Source: an uncultured Candidatus Micrarchaeota archaeon
GTDB lineage: Archaea; Micrarchaeota; Micrarchaeia; Anstonellales; Bilamarchaeaceae
Length of the DNA: 64,000 bases
Direction: 5' to 3'
NCBI GenBank assembly: GCA_963723105.1
Contig: CAVRPK010000002.1
Location: forward strand, 121,098-185,097
Shown here: positions 55,490 to 64,000 of the stretch, in pieces
Layout of the letters: each line of letters begins with the position of its first letter
Position numbering within the stretch: position 1 is the stretch's first letter
Position numbers and translations under genes: made by a program
Notes under the pieces: generated by a model
Databases searched by the model: none
What the model was told of the DNA's origin: nothing
Seen by the model: only the letters and a program-made list of their open reading frames with translations

Positions 55490-56659
55490 ATGAAGACACA
55501 AAAACAATTGATGTTTCCAAACATCTCAAAAAAGTTCAAAGGAAGGTTTCCAAAAGGTTTTGTAAATGATTGCCATGGTTGGAATTTTTCAAAAGCAGAA
55601 CTCATTGCTGCAAAGAAATCTGGTAAAATGCTTACTATGGATCTTGATATGTCTGGTAAGCCAAGTTGCAGTCTTCGCTGCGGCCACTGCTTTAATTCTG
55701 TTCTAAAGCTCATGGAAAATAAAGGGGATTTACTTACTGAAGGCGAAATAAAATCAATTCTTATGGAGGCAAAACAGCTTGGGCTTCGGTCAGTAAAGAT
55801 CATAGGCCCAGGTGAGCCTCTTGAAGAGAGAACACTGATTCCTTTTCTTGAGTTCATGATAGAAAATGGAATCAAACCATTGATTTTTACCAAAGCAACT
55901 GCGCTTGGAAATCCTAAGCTGTCACTTGGAATTCATGGTATGGCTCCTGATGAGCTTGCAAGGCGTCTTCGGGAGGATTTTGATGTTACTATCTGCTTTG
56001 GTGCAAACTCTTTCAATCCAGGATTACAATCATCAATTGTTGGAAGAGCATGGTATCCAGAAACCCGCAATCGCGCACTTGAAATTCTAGCAGATCATGG
56101 TTTCAATGAATTTGTACCTGGAAAACCAACAAGACTTACATTGATCATGAATCCGATTCTGGTGAGTAATCTTGATGAAGTTTTTGATGTTTATGTCTGG
56201 TCAAAAGTTCGCAATATAGGAGTCATATCCTCACCCACAATGGTTTCAGGCTCTTGTGCAAACCCTGAGGTATATTCCAAAATAACTCCATCTAGAGAAG
56301 AGCTCATTTCTCTTTATGTCAAAATCAACAAATGGTCAATTGAACATGGACTATACTCTCTTGATGAAGTGGAGCGTGATGGAATTGCATCTTATGTTGG
56401 CTCCCGCCCTTGCCAGCAGGTTGGTCTTGGAATGTTTTTGAGGCGTGATGGTCTTGCACTTCGCTGTCCTGGTGATGATGTTTCTATACAAGGGCATCTT
56501 CGTCAAAATAGTTTGACAGAAATCTGGAGCCAAAGCGAGAACCTTCATGAACATAGCGGCAAAATCAATGTTGGCTGCCCTCCAAAGATCGGAAAGTCAA
56601 TTCCAGAAGGTTTCTTCCAGGAAGTTTTGGAAAAACTAAAACAGGTCGTGCAATCTTAG
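55490..56659 (+). CDS. radical SAM domain protein
   Basis: 389 aa. CSLRCGHC (Cx3Cx2C cluster-binding motif) near residue 65, GPGEPL SAM-binding glycine-rich motif, and additional C-terminal Cys (CPGDD, GCPPK) that may bind an auxiliary cluster. Confidence 0.7.
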   Translation: MKTQKQLMFPNISKKFKGRFPKGFVNDCHGWNFSKAELIAAKKSGKMLTMDLDMSGKPSCSLRCGHCFNSVLKLMENKGDLLTEGEIKSILMEAKQLGLRSVKIIGPGEPLEERTLIPFLEFMIENGIKPLIFTKATALGNPKLSLGIHGMAPDELARRLREDFDVTICFGANSFNPGLQSSIVGRAWYPETRNRALEILADHGFNEFVPGKPTRLTLIMNPILVSNLDEVFDVYVWSKVRNIGVISSPTMVSGSCANPEVYSKITPSREELISLYVKINKWSIEHGLYSLDEVERDGIASYVGSRPCQQVGLGMFLRRDGLALRCPGDDVSIQGHLRQNSLTEIWSQSENLHEHSGKINVGCPPKIGKSIPEGFFQEVLEKLKQVVQS

Positions 56660-57210
56660 ATTGCATACCTGACTCTTTTTTCTACTTTTGCAACTCTCTT
56701 TAGAACTGGCTCTGCTTTAGAATAAGTTTTGTATCCGGCTATGAATGCATCCTTTTCTGATATTGCACGAAGCATGGTAAAAACATCAACTGCCTTATCT
56801 TCAATATCTGTTGAAATAAAACCAAGGCCAAAATCAATGATATAAATCCCGTCAGAATTTTCAATAAGATTTGCAGGAGTATAATCCCCATGTATAATAT
56901 CAGCGCTATGAAGCTTTGCCAAAATCTCTCCAGCAATTCTAGATTCTTCACTATTCATTTCAGGTCTTTCTCCATCCAGAAAGCTCATAAAAATTTCGAA
57001 TTCGTTAACTTGCAGAACTGTTGGGCATTTTACCCCAACCAGCTTAGCCTTGTGAAGAAGCCTTGCTTCGCTTCTTGTTCTCTCTCTTCTTAGTTTTTCA
57101 TCAATCTCTTTGAGCCTGTAGCTTTTTGCAATTCGCCTTTTCACAATTGCATTATTTCCAATAACCTCAGTTTTTGAAAGAACTGCTTCTGCTCCTCTCA
57201 ATTCATTCAC
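56656..57210 (-). CDS. Bud32/PRPK-type RIO-like kinase (KEOPS complex subunit)
   Basis: 184 aa. Catalytic HGDYTPANL and DFGLGF motifs in a small atypical kinase. Confidence 0.8.
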   Translation of the reverse strand: MNELRGAEAVLSKTEVIGNNAIVKRRIAKSYRLKEIDEKLRRERTRSEARLLHKAKLVGVKCPTVLQVNEFEIFMSFLDGERPEMNSEESRIAGEILAKLHSADIIHGDYTPANLIENSDGIYIIDFGLGFISTDIEDKAVDVFTMLRAISEKDAFIAGYKTYSKAEPVLKRVAKVEKRVRYAI

Positions 57211-57935
57211 CCAAAGAGTAATTTTGAGAATACTATTATTATGACAAACATTATCACAAAGTTTATCATTATCGCAGGACCAATTATCATTCCTCCAACA
57301 AAAAGCAAAAATCCAACACTAAGCAGCCAGATCATTCTTTTCCAGGCATATACCTTGCTTCCATCAAGCGGGAATGCCGGAATCATGTTGAACAGAGCGA
57401 GAATCAAATTCATTGCAGCTCCAAATTGCCATACATTTAGTATTCCGTATGCAATTCCAAATCCTGCAAATCCACCTTCAAACTTTGCTAGAAATGAATA
57501 ATATTGTTCTATTGGGGCAATTGAATTCAGGGCAACAAAGAAAGCAACTAATATGATGTTTAGTGCAGGCCCTGCTAGAGAAATAATCCCATTTTCTTTT
57601 CTTGTGATGTGTCTTGCTTCAATATATACCGCACCTGGAGCTGCAAATAAAACTCCCAAAATGGAAGTTGCGAGCATGAATATTAGTCCCTGAGTCCACA
57701 TTCTGAATCTTGCATGCGCGCCATAATATATTGCAACTAATTTGTGTGCCATTTCATGGAGTATGAATCCGCTTCCAACTGTCACAAACAGCGGTGCTAG
57801 AAATACTAAAAATTCTGTTGGTGAATCAAGTATTCCTTCTGGCCTTGCAAATACTATCCCAAGTGCAACTGAAATAGCAACAACACTAATCGCAATCTGT
57901 ATTATTTCGTCTTTTTCTAGATATAACCTGTACAA
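57207..57935 (-). CDS. site-2 protease family (M50) membrane zinc metalloprotease
   Basis: 242 aa polytopic membrane protein with HEMAHKL (HExxH) in a TM helix and a downstream LDG-type motif (PAFPLDGSKV). Confidence 0.7.
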   Translation of the reverse strand: MYRLYLEKDEIIQIAISVVAISVALGIVFARPEGILDSPTEFLVFLAPLFVTVGSGFILHEMAHKLVAIYYGAHARFRMWTQGLIFMLATSILGVLFAAPGAVYIEARHITRKENGIISLAGPALNIILVAFFVALNSIAPIEQYYSFLAKFEGGFAGFGIAYGILNVWQFGAAMNLILALFNMIPAFPLDGSKVYAWKRMIWLLSVGFLLFVGGMIIGPAIMINFVIMFVIIIVFSKLLFG

Positions 57936-57939
57936 TCAT

Positions 57940-60087
57940 TCACCTATACATAGTCGTAGCTGAGCTTTTGAATCGTTGAACACTATCCAAATCCTCCTTC
58001 TTAATACTTGGTACAATCGAATTAAATGACTGATCAAAATGGCTGTTTGTAACTTTTTTGGCATCATCTCGTATGGCTGCCATTCCAGCTTCCCGGATAA
58101 GGTTCTCAATATCAGCCCCAGTAAAACCATCAGTGATCCTAGCCAGATCCTTTAGGTTCACTGATTTATCCATAGGCATTTTCTTTGTTAAAATCTTGAA
58201 AATTTCCACTCTTTCTGCTTCTCCTGGAGCTGGAATTTCTATCAATCTATCAAATCTGCCAGACCTCATCAAGGCTGGATCTAAAATATCCGGCCTATTA
58301 GTTGCACCAATTACAACTACATTCTTCAAACTTCGAAGACCATCCATTTCAGTAAGTAAGGTATCAACGATACGTTCTGTAACCATTGTTCCACCTTCTC
58401 CTCTTCCTGTTCTCTTTAATGCAATTGCATCAATCTCATCAATAAATAAAACACATGGAGCAGCAGTTCTTGCTTTTCTGAACAATTCTCTAACTGTTTT
58501 TTCTGATTCTCCAACATATTTTGTTAGAACCTGCGCGCCACCAATTGAAATAAAATTTGCTTCACATTCTGTTGCAACTGCCTTTGCAAGCAGTGTTTTT
58601 CCTGTTCCTGGTGGGCCATATAATAAAATTCCCTTTATTGGCCTAATGCCCATTTGTTCAAATATCTCTGGTTTTTTGAGTGGAAGCTCTACTGCCTCCT
58701 GAATCTCTCTTTTAATTTCAAGAAGTCCTCCAATATCTTTCCATTTGACATTTGGACGCTCGATATAAACTTCTCGAAGTGCTGATGGCTGAATCTCATG
58801 CATGGCATTATAGAAATCTTCCCTCGTTACTTCCAATTTTTCCAGAAGTTCTGGTGATAATGTATCCTCATCCAGATTCAGCTTAGGAAGAATTCTTCGA
58901 AGTGCTTTTATCGCAGCTTCCTTTGTAAGAAGGGCAAGATCAGCACCAGTATATCCATGAGTTACCTTTGCAAATTCTCCAATTCTTACATTCCTTCCAA
59001 GCGGCATGCATCTAACATGGATATTCAAAATTTCCTTTCTGCCTTCAATATCAGGAACAGTAATCTCAATCTCACGGTCAAATCTGCCGGGTCTTCTAAG
59101 TGCAGGATCTATAGAGTCTGGTCTGTTGGTTGCCCCAATGACAATAACCTCTCCTCTTGCCTTTAGTCCATCCATGATTGTCAGAAGCTGTGATACCATC
59201 CTCTTTTCCACTTCTCCGGTAACCTCTTCTCTCTTTGGAGCAATAGCATCGATTTCGTCAATAAATATAATTGATGGTGCGTTTTCCTGAGCCTCAGCAA
59301 ATAATTTTCTAAGTCTCTCTTCACTTTCCCCGACATATTTGCTGATGATTTCTGGCCCTCCAACATAATAGAAATTAGCATCGCTTTCATTTGCAACTGC
59401 TTTTGCAAGCAGTGTTTTTCCTGTTCCAGGAGCTCCATACAGAAGAACTCCTTTTGGTGGATCGATCCCAAGCCTTTCAAAAATTTCTGGATGTCTTAGT
59501 GGAAGTTCAATCATCTCACGGACTTTCTTGATCGTTTCCTTAATGCCTCCAACATCGTCGTATGTGATGTTTGGAACATTCTTCATTTCTTTCATTGGCT
59601 CTTTCTTAATTTGTACTTGCGTCTCCTCACTGATCATAACAGGCCCTTGTGGCACTACTTGAGCTACAACCAACGGAATCGAGGTTCCGAAAATTCCAAC
59701 TGGCAGGAGATTTCCTTTGAGAACTGGTTTTCCTATCAGTCTCTTTTTTACATATTGTTCAAAACCAACAGAGTAGCGGACAGCCTCTTGAGGAGCTAAA
59801 ACTATTTTTTTTGCAACTTTTGTATTTACTGTTTCTACCTGGACTTTTTCTCCAAGACCAACTCCTACATTTTGTCTTAGGATACCATCCATTCTAACCA
59901 TGTCAAGCCCCTCATCATCCTGATGGGCTTGCCATACAATCGCAAGTGCTGATTTTTTCCCTGATAATTTTATGATATCTCCAGTTGAGACTCCAAGTTT
60001 TGCTTTTGCCTTTGAATCTATTCTGGCAATTCCCCTTCCTATATCATTTTGGAATGCTTCCGCAACCTTCAAATTTAATGCAGGCAT
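57940..60087 (-). CDS. CDC48/VCP-like AAA+ ATPase (two AAA domains)
   Basis: 715 aa. Two Walker A motifs (GAPGTGKT and GPPGTGKT), two Walker B/SRH regions and an N-terminal double-psi barrel-like domain. Confidence 0.9.
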   Translation of the reverse strand: MPALNLKVAEAFQNDIGRGIARIDSKAKAKLGVSTGDIIKLSGKKSALAIVWQAHQDDEGLDMVRMDGILRQNVGVGLGEKVQVETVNTKVAKKIVLAPQEAVRYSVGFEQYVKKRLIGKPVLKGNLLPVGIFGTSIPLVVAQVVPQGPVMISEETQVQIKKEPMKEMKNVPNITYDDVGGIKETIKKVREMIELPLRHPEIFERLGIDPPKGVLLYGAPGTGKTLLAKAVANESDANFYYVGGPEIISKYVGESEERLRKLFAEAQENAPSIIFIDEIDAIAPKREEVTGEVEKRMVSQLLTIMDGLKARGEVIVIGATNRPDSIDPALRRPGRFDREIEITVPDIEGRKEILNIHVRCMPLGRNVRIGEFAKVTHGYTGADLALLTKEAAIKALRRILPKLNLDEDTLSPELLEKLEVTREDFYNAMHEIQPSALREVYIERPNVKWKDIGGLLEIKREIQEAVELPLKKPEIFEQMGIRPIKGILLYGPPGTGKTLLAKAVATECEANFISIGGAQVLTKYVGESEKTVRELFRKARTAAPCVLFIDEIDAIALKRTGRGEGGTMVTERIVDTLLTEMDGLRSLKNVVVIGATNRPDILDPALMRSGRFDRLIEIPAPGEAERVEIFKILTKKMPMDKSVNLKDLARITDGFTGADIENLIREAGMAAIRDDAKKVTNSHFDQSFNSIVPSIKKEDLDSVQRFKSSATTMYR

Positions 60088-61028
60088 CTTTTCACCTCGC
60101 CGGATTCCACCTTGAGCGCTATTCTATTATTTAATAACTCATCTTTTTTAAGCGTGACAACTGTCGAGAGCAAAATATCATCTGAAATTTCAACTCCAAG
60201 AAGCCGAAGCGCATTTCTCCTCTCCAGCGTTAGTTCCCGCTCTCCAACCATGGCAACTAAAACGTCTCCGTCACACTCCAGTTTTGTAAGGTTTCCAATT
60301 ACCATATTTCTTCGTGCTAAGATCCTGGCATCAGAGCTTAGATCAATATTGTCATTGTTGACAAGGCCATCTTCTATCAGAACCTCATCTCCTTCTTTGA
60401 GAAGCTCTCCACGCTCTGCAATTTCCCATATTACAACTCTACGCTCTGCTGCTTCCTCCTTAATCATAAACGAGAATGCCTTGGAAGTATTTGTTCCATG
60501 CACAAAAGAATCAAAACCTTCTATCTTGCTAATCTTTCCTCGGACATGTACATTATCGCCATTTTTTAGCTCGTTCAATTTCGTAAATGGAGCTGTTTCT
60601 GTTACCTTTAATTTTCCACTATAACTGAAGTTCAATTCTCCATTGCGTTCATATGCTCCCTTTACTTCTAACTGATCCTTTGATCGAAGTCCTTTTGCAA
60701 GTTTCACATCGTCATTCCAAAGAATCAGTGGTTTTGAACCTGTATCATCTTCAACTTCAATAACTCGTGACTGTTTTCCTGAAGAGTATGTTGCAACTGG
60801 CCAGATTTTCTTTACCTTTGCCGTAAAAGCAATCTTTTTTTCTCCTTTTGGAATTTCAGAAAGTTTGTATATTTTTTCTTTTTCTTTTAGAAGTCCGTTT
60901 TCTTTTGCAATGAGGCGAAGCGCTACATCCCGCGTTAAAAATCCATGAAATGATAAGATTTTTTGCTTGATCTGAATCTCAAGATCATCACTGCTAATAA
61001 TCTCAAGTAGTTTCGCCTCTATGTCCAT
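60075..61028 (-). CDS. hypothetical protein with predicted tandem OB-fold-like domains (possible ssDNA/RNA-binding, RPA-like)
   Basis: 317-aa ORF. The RPA-like assignment is a guess from its length and predicted beta-rich tandem segments; no defining motif was identified. Confidence 0.35.
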   Translation of the reverse strand: MDIEAKLLEIISSDDLEIQIKQKILSFHGFLTRDVALRLIAKENGLLKEKEKIYKLSEIPKGEKKIAFTAKVKKIWPVATYSSGKQSRVIEVEDDTGSKPLILWNDDVKLAKGLRSKDQLEVKGAYERNGELNFSYSGKLKVTETAPFTKLNELKNGDNVHVRGKISKIEGFDSFVHGTNTSKAFSFMIKEEAAERRVVIWEIAERGELLKEGDEVLIEDGLVNNDNIDLSSDARILARRNMVIGNLTKLECDGDVLVAMVGERELTLERRNALRLLGVEISDDILLSTVVTLKKDELLNNRIALKVESGEVKRCLH

Positions 61029-61401
61029 TACTTCCTTTCACAGCGAACCGATTTAAACTTGTTTTTTAATTGGATTGCAACTTCGAATGCTTTGCATTCT
61101 CATTACAATGCGCACAAATTTTTACAAATTTATGTAAGTATCAGCATTGGAATTTTTTTTACAAAAATTTGGTGACAATGGAACATCGTCTTTTTTTGAG
61201 GCTTTAGCCAATGCCGATACTTAAGAAATGCTTGGCATGCTTTTTTTCTAGGGGTAGAAGATACGGCACACCAAGTCACTTCCTTGTATTATTTAACACA
61301 GGACTAGTTAATTAAAGTTATTCCTGACTTTTATTCAAAACATGAAAAAAAGAAGAAGAATTGCCTGTTTTTGGCAATTTACAGACAAAAGAAAATTATT
61401 C

Positions 61402-62535
61402 CTAACGTATCAGAACAACTGATCTTGTTGCACCATACTCATGCACTGTGTCAAATGGAGAATTTCTTACTCTTGCTGACTGAGAAAGGTTTCCTACAAA
61501 TGGACCATTTAATTCCGGAACCAAGCCTCCTGCTTCAAGCTGATAGAGAACATTTTCAGCTCTTACTCTGCCATCACTTTCAACTATTGGCGAAAATTCT
61601 CTTGTCTGCGAAGGTCTGGTGTTATTTCCATAAACCCTGACAACGAAGTCTCCAGTAGTGCCATCAGTAAGTGTAACATTCCTCATGACCATTCCAGTGT
61701 ATCTTGGCTGGCTTGTTTCTGTATATCCTGGATTTAGAAGATATTGATTATTTCCCATGGTCTGATAGTGAAGCCACAGGTATGTGCTTTCTCCAGTTAC
61801 ATTTGCAGATATTCTGAGCATCCTCTCCCCATCTACTGAAACTCGCTCATGGTCGATCTGAACCTGTCCTCCGGATTCTACTCCTGATTGAAGTACTGCT
61901 ATTGCAGCAGTTCCACGAAGGGAAATATTCTGGATCATTTCAAAATTGCTGTAGCTTGCTCTCACATCCTCTGTTCCGATAAATCTTACCCTGATCATTC
62001 CTGGCGCCAGGTTTGAAATATCACATTCATTTTCCCTGACCAGCCCCATTGAATTTAATGACTCCCATTCGCCGGTTTCCCTGTTATAATATTCGAATTC
62101 CAAGGTAGGGTTTTCCAGTTGTCTTGTTCCAGTTCGTGCTACCTGTTCAATTGCCCTATCGTTTATGCACTCCTGTAAACTTCCGGAATCCCTGCAACTT
62201 TCTACTATTCCTTCCATGACCTCTCTAATATCTTCTCCACCTATGCTGGAAGCTGGTTCAAATACAATGACTTCTGCACTCAATGTCCTGCCATCAGAAC
62301 TTGGAGCAAGTACGACCTGGCTCTCAAGAAGCGCTTCTCTTCCAATTAGTGTTGCGCCGGATGATTGCTCTATTCTACTTGATGTTGCCATCTTGGCACC
62401 ACAAGCGCCCAGAGTTCCAATCATTCCCAAAATAAGAAGTCCTTCACCAATCATTTTTGGAATTTTAGGAAATCGTTTTTTTGATTTCTCTGCATTATCA
62501 TTCCTTCTACTTTGTTCTAGTTCTCTTCTACCCAT
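61402..62535 (-). CDS. Lys-free, Arg/Glu/Gly-rich putative secreted lipoprotein (signal peptide with LGACG lipobox-like motif); compositionally matches the giant-gene cluster
   Basis: 377 aa. After the N-terminal basic signal segment (MGRRELEQSRRNDNAEKSKKRFPKIPKMIGEGLLILGMIGTLGACGA) the roughly 330-residue mature part contains no lysine at all, in a proteome that is otherwise Lys-rich. Confidence 0.45.
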   Translation of the reverse strand: MGRRELEQSRRNDNAEKSKKRFPKIPKMIGEGLLILGMIGTLGACGAKMATSSRIEQSSGATLIGREALLESQVVLAPSSDGRTLSAEVIVFEPASSIGGEDIREVMEGIVESCRDSGSLQECINDRAIEQVARTGTRQLENPTLEFEYYNRETGEWESLNSMGLVRENECDISNLAPGMIRVRFIGTEDVRASYSNFEMIQNISLRGTAAIAVLQSGVESGGQVQIDHERVSVDGERMLRISANVTGESTYLWLHYQTMGNNQYLLNPGYTETSQPRYTGMVMRNVTLTDGTTGDFVVRVYGNNTRPSQTREFSPIVESDGRVRAENVLYQLEAGGLVPELNGPFVGNLSQSARVRNSPFDTVHEYGATRSVVLIR

Positions 62536-62684
62536 AATATTCCCTCTCTCTTTTGTACATTATCTATAACCTAACTCTTATTTAAAGGTCTGTTTCCCAC
62601 CAGTGGGTTACAGAGCATACCATATTTCTGGTTTCTCCCTGACTTTTCGCAAATCTTAAAACAAGCAACATTCATCTTTACATC

Positions 62685-63656
62685 ATGCACAAGATGACAA
62701 ACCTTGAATATTCATTCATTACTTCTGAACTTTCAGCCCTAATAGTCGGAAAACATTTTTCCAGGATCAGAAAAGTTGCCGATGGTATTTATCGAATGAA
62801 ACTAGGAACCTTCGAAATTCTTTGCGAGCTTGGAGTTCGCCTTCATACTACTAAATACATGGAAGATCCACAGCCTCATGACAAGTTTGTTCAAAAACTG
62901 GAAAAAGAACTTGATAATGCCAAGCTTCTTGAAATAAAACAAATCAACAATGACAGAATAATTTCATTCAATTTTGATCGTGCAAGTTTAGTGTTTGAAA
63001 TGTTTGGAAAGGGCAATATTATTCTCGTTAAAGAAGGAACAACTGTTGCTGCATTCAAGTATGAAAGCTGGTCTGATCGTGAAATCAAAGTTGGCAGCCC
63101 ATACAAGTCTCCAAGCAATGTTCCAATGGAAAAACTAGTTCCATCTGATAAGTACATTATTGTATCGCTAATGAAGCTTCCTCTTGGAAAGGAATATGTT
63201 CAGGAAGCTCTTCTTCGATCTAGTATTGAAGAGAAAACCCCCGGATCCAAACTTACTCCAGAGCAACTAACAGAGCTTGAGAAACAACTTGAGATTATAA
63301 AATCTTCAACTTCTCCTCATCTTTACAAAAGTGGAGAAAAACCAATTGCATTTTCATTGACTAGTATATCACCTCTCTCTGAATTTACTTGCGAAGAAAC
63401 AAACTCTCTGAGCGAGGCTGCAGATGAATATTATAAGAATGTGGATGCTCCAAATCTAGATCTTGAAAAACTACAAAAGCGCCTTGAAAAACAAAAAGAA
63501 AGATCTGAACTTCTAAAGCAGGAAGAGATTGCCTATAAAGAAAAAGGAGATTACATATATGCTCATTATATGGAAGTCCAGCAAGTGCTCGAAGAAGCTA
63601 AAGCTGGAAAAGGAGAATTAAATAAAAAAGAAAAATCAGTTGAAGCAGAAATCTAA
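62685..63656 (+). CDS. NFACT-N domain protein (FbpA/Rqc2-Tae2-like N-terminal region plus coiled coil), apparently lacking the C-terminal NFACT-R/DUF814 part
   Basis: 323 aa. The N-terminus MHKMTNLEYSFITSELSALIVGKHFSRIRKV...KGNIILV matches the NFACT-N fold pattern, followed by a Lys/Glu coiled coil. It ends at a TAA and the next gene is on the opposite strand. Confidence 0.55.
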   Translation: MHKMTNLEYSFITSELSALIVGKHFSRIRKVADGIYRMKLGTFEILCELGVRLHTTKYMEDPQPHDKFVQKLEKELDNAKLLEIKQINNDRIISFNFDRASLVFEMFGKGNIILVKEGTTVAAFKYESWSDREIKVGSPYKSPSNVPMEKLVPSDKYIIVSLMKLPLGKEYVQEALLRSSIEEKTPGSKLTPEQLTELEKQLEIIKSSTSPHLYKSGEKPIAFSLTSISPLSEFTCEETNSLSEAADEYYKNVDAPNLDLEKLQKRLEKQKERSELLKQEEIAYKEKGDYIYAHYMEVQQVLEEAKAGKGELNKKEKSVEAEI

Positions 63657-64000
63657 TATGCTTCATTAGTAACTAGTTTCTCAGCAAGAATAGTGGATGC
63701 TCTCTTTGGTTTATCAACTTTTAATGAAACAAGAGCATGCTTGTCATCTTTTGCAATAGTTTTTGAAGTCTCAACTGTAACTCCATCATGAGCAAGCTTT
63801 TCAAGCAACCCGCCCATTTCTGCAAGATTAAGTTTCACAATTAAGCTATGCAGTTCAATCTCATATCCAGCAGCAGTAAGAACTTTCTTGCTTTTTTCTG
63901 GGTCTGATACCTCAATGCAGATTACTGCTTTGTTTGATACTACTGCAACATTGATCGAATCAATGTTTATCTTTGATTTAGCAAGAACATATGATATGTC
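63653..64000 (-). CDS. ACT-domain protein, partial (N-terminus outside window)
   Basis: Minus-strand translation runs continuously from the window end: ...INIDSINVAVVSNKAVICIEVSDPEKSKKVLTAAGYEIELHSLIVKLNLAEMGGLLEKLAHDGVTVETSKTIAKDDKHALVSLKVDKPKRASTILAEKLVTNEAY*, two ACT-like beta-alpha-beta-beta-alpha-beta units. The 61-aa track ORF 63653-63838 is its C-terminal fragment. Confidence 0.55.
   Translation of the reverse strand, partial: DISYVLAKSKINIDSINVAVVSNKAVICIEVSDPEKSKKVLTAAGYEIELHSLIVKLNLAEMGGLLEKLAHDGVTVETSKTIAKDDKHALVSLKVDKPKRASTILAEKLVTNEAY

Noticed and set aside
55471-55893. 140-aa minus-strand ORF overlapping the radical-SAM gene
   Set aside because: Antisense shadow of a well-supported CDS. 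No motif.
1-64000. CRISPR arrays or other tandem DNA repeats
   Set aside because: No regularly spaced direct repeats were seen anywhere in the window. The internal repeats of the 2873-aa protein are diverged at DNA level.

Overview
This is an AT-rich archaeal chromosome segment (background about 30-38% GC, lysine-rich proteins) carrying ordinary housekeeping genes, three tRNAs and one striking anomaly. Several features suggest a small-genome archaeon of the DPANN or a deep-branching lineage: multiple non-canonical tRNA introns, a probable tRNA-Ile(UAU), and a compact ribosomal cluster. That placement is inference.

Housekeeping content is dense and mostly routine. Recognisable genes include argininosuccinate synthase (partial), FolD, HMG-CoA synthase, geranylgeranyl reductase with its ferredoxin partner, DJ-1/PfpI, PRPP synthetase, a phosphohexomutase, MscL, aTrm56, FtsY, prefoldin alpha, ribosomal proteins LX, L31e, L39e and S19e with aIF6, fibrillarin, PyrB/PyrI, Tmk, Cdc48, Bud32, an S2P protease, a radical-SAM enzyme, and a co-transcribed RND exporter and surface protein pair.

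The RNA genes are a 124-nt candidate tRNA-Arg(CCU) with two introns, a 206-nt candidate tRNA-Ile(UAU) with three introns, and an intron-less tRNA-Glu(UUC).

The anomaly is a 24-kb block of seven tightly packed minus-strand genes (19444-43678) with no family assignable by eye. It includes giants of 2873 and 2360 aa, an 806-aa protein with an SGNH/GDSL-hydrolase domain and a Pro/Arg-rich linker, and a 1253-aa protein. Five of the seven products are almost free of Lys and Cys, rich in Arg/Ala/Gly/Glu/Thr, and distinctly more GC-rich than their surroundings. They nevertheless use host-like AGA/AGG arginine codons, so the block looks resident rather than recently transferred. The 2873-aa protein is built of at least seven diverged tandem repeats, and the 2360-aa protein has an internal four-helix hydrophobic core. 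A Lys-free putative lipoprotein 18 kb away (61402-62535) has the same composition. I consider this cluster a candidate undescribed secreted or host-interaction effector system.

I found no CRISPR array, integrase or transposase.
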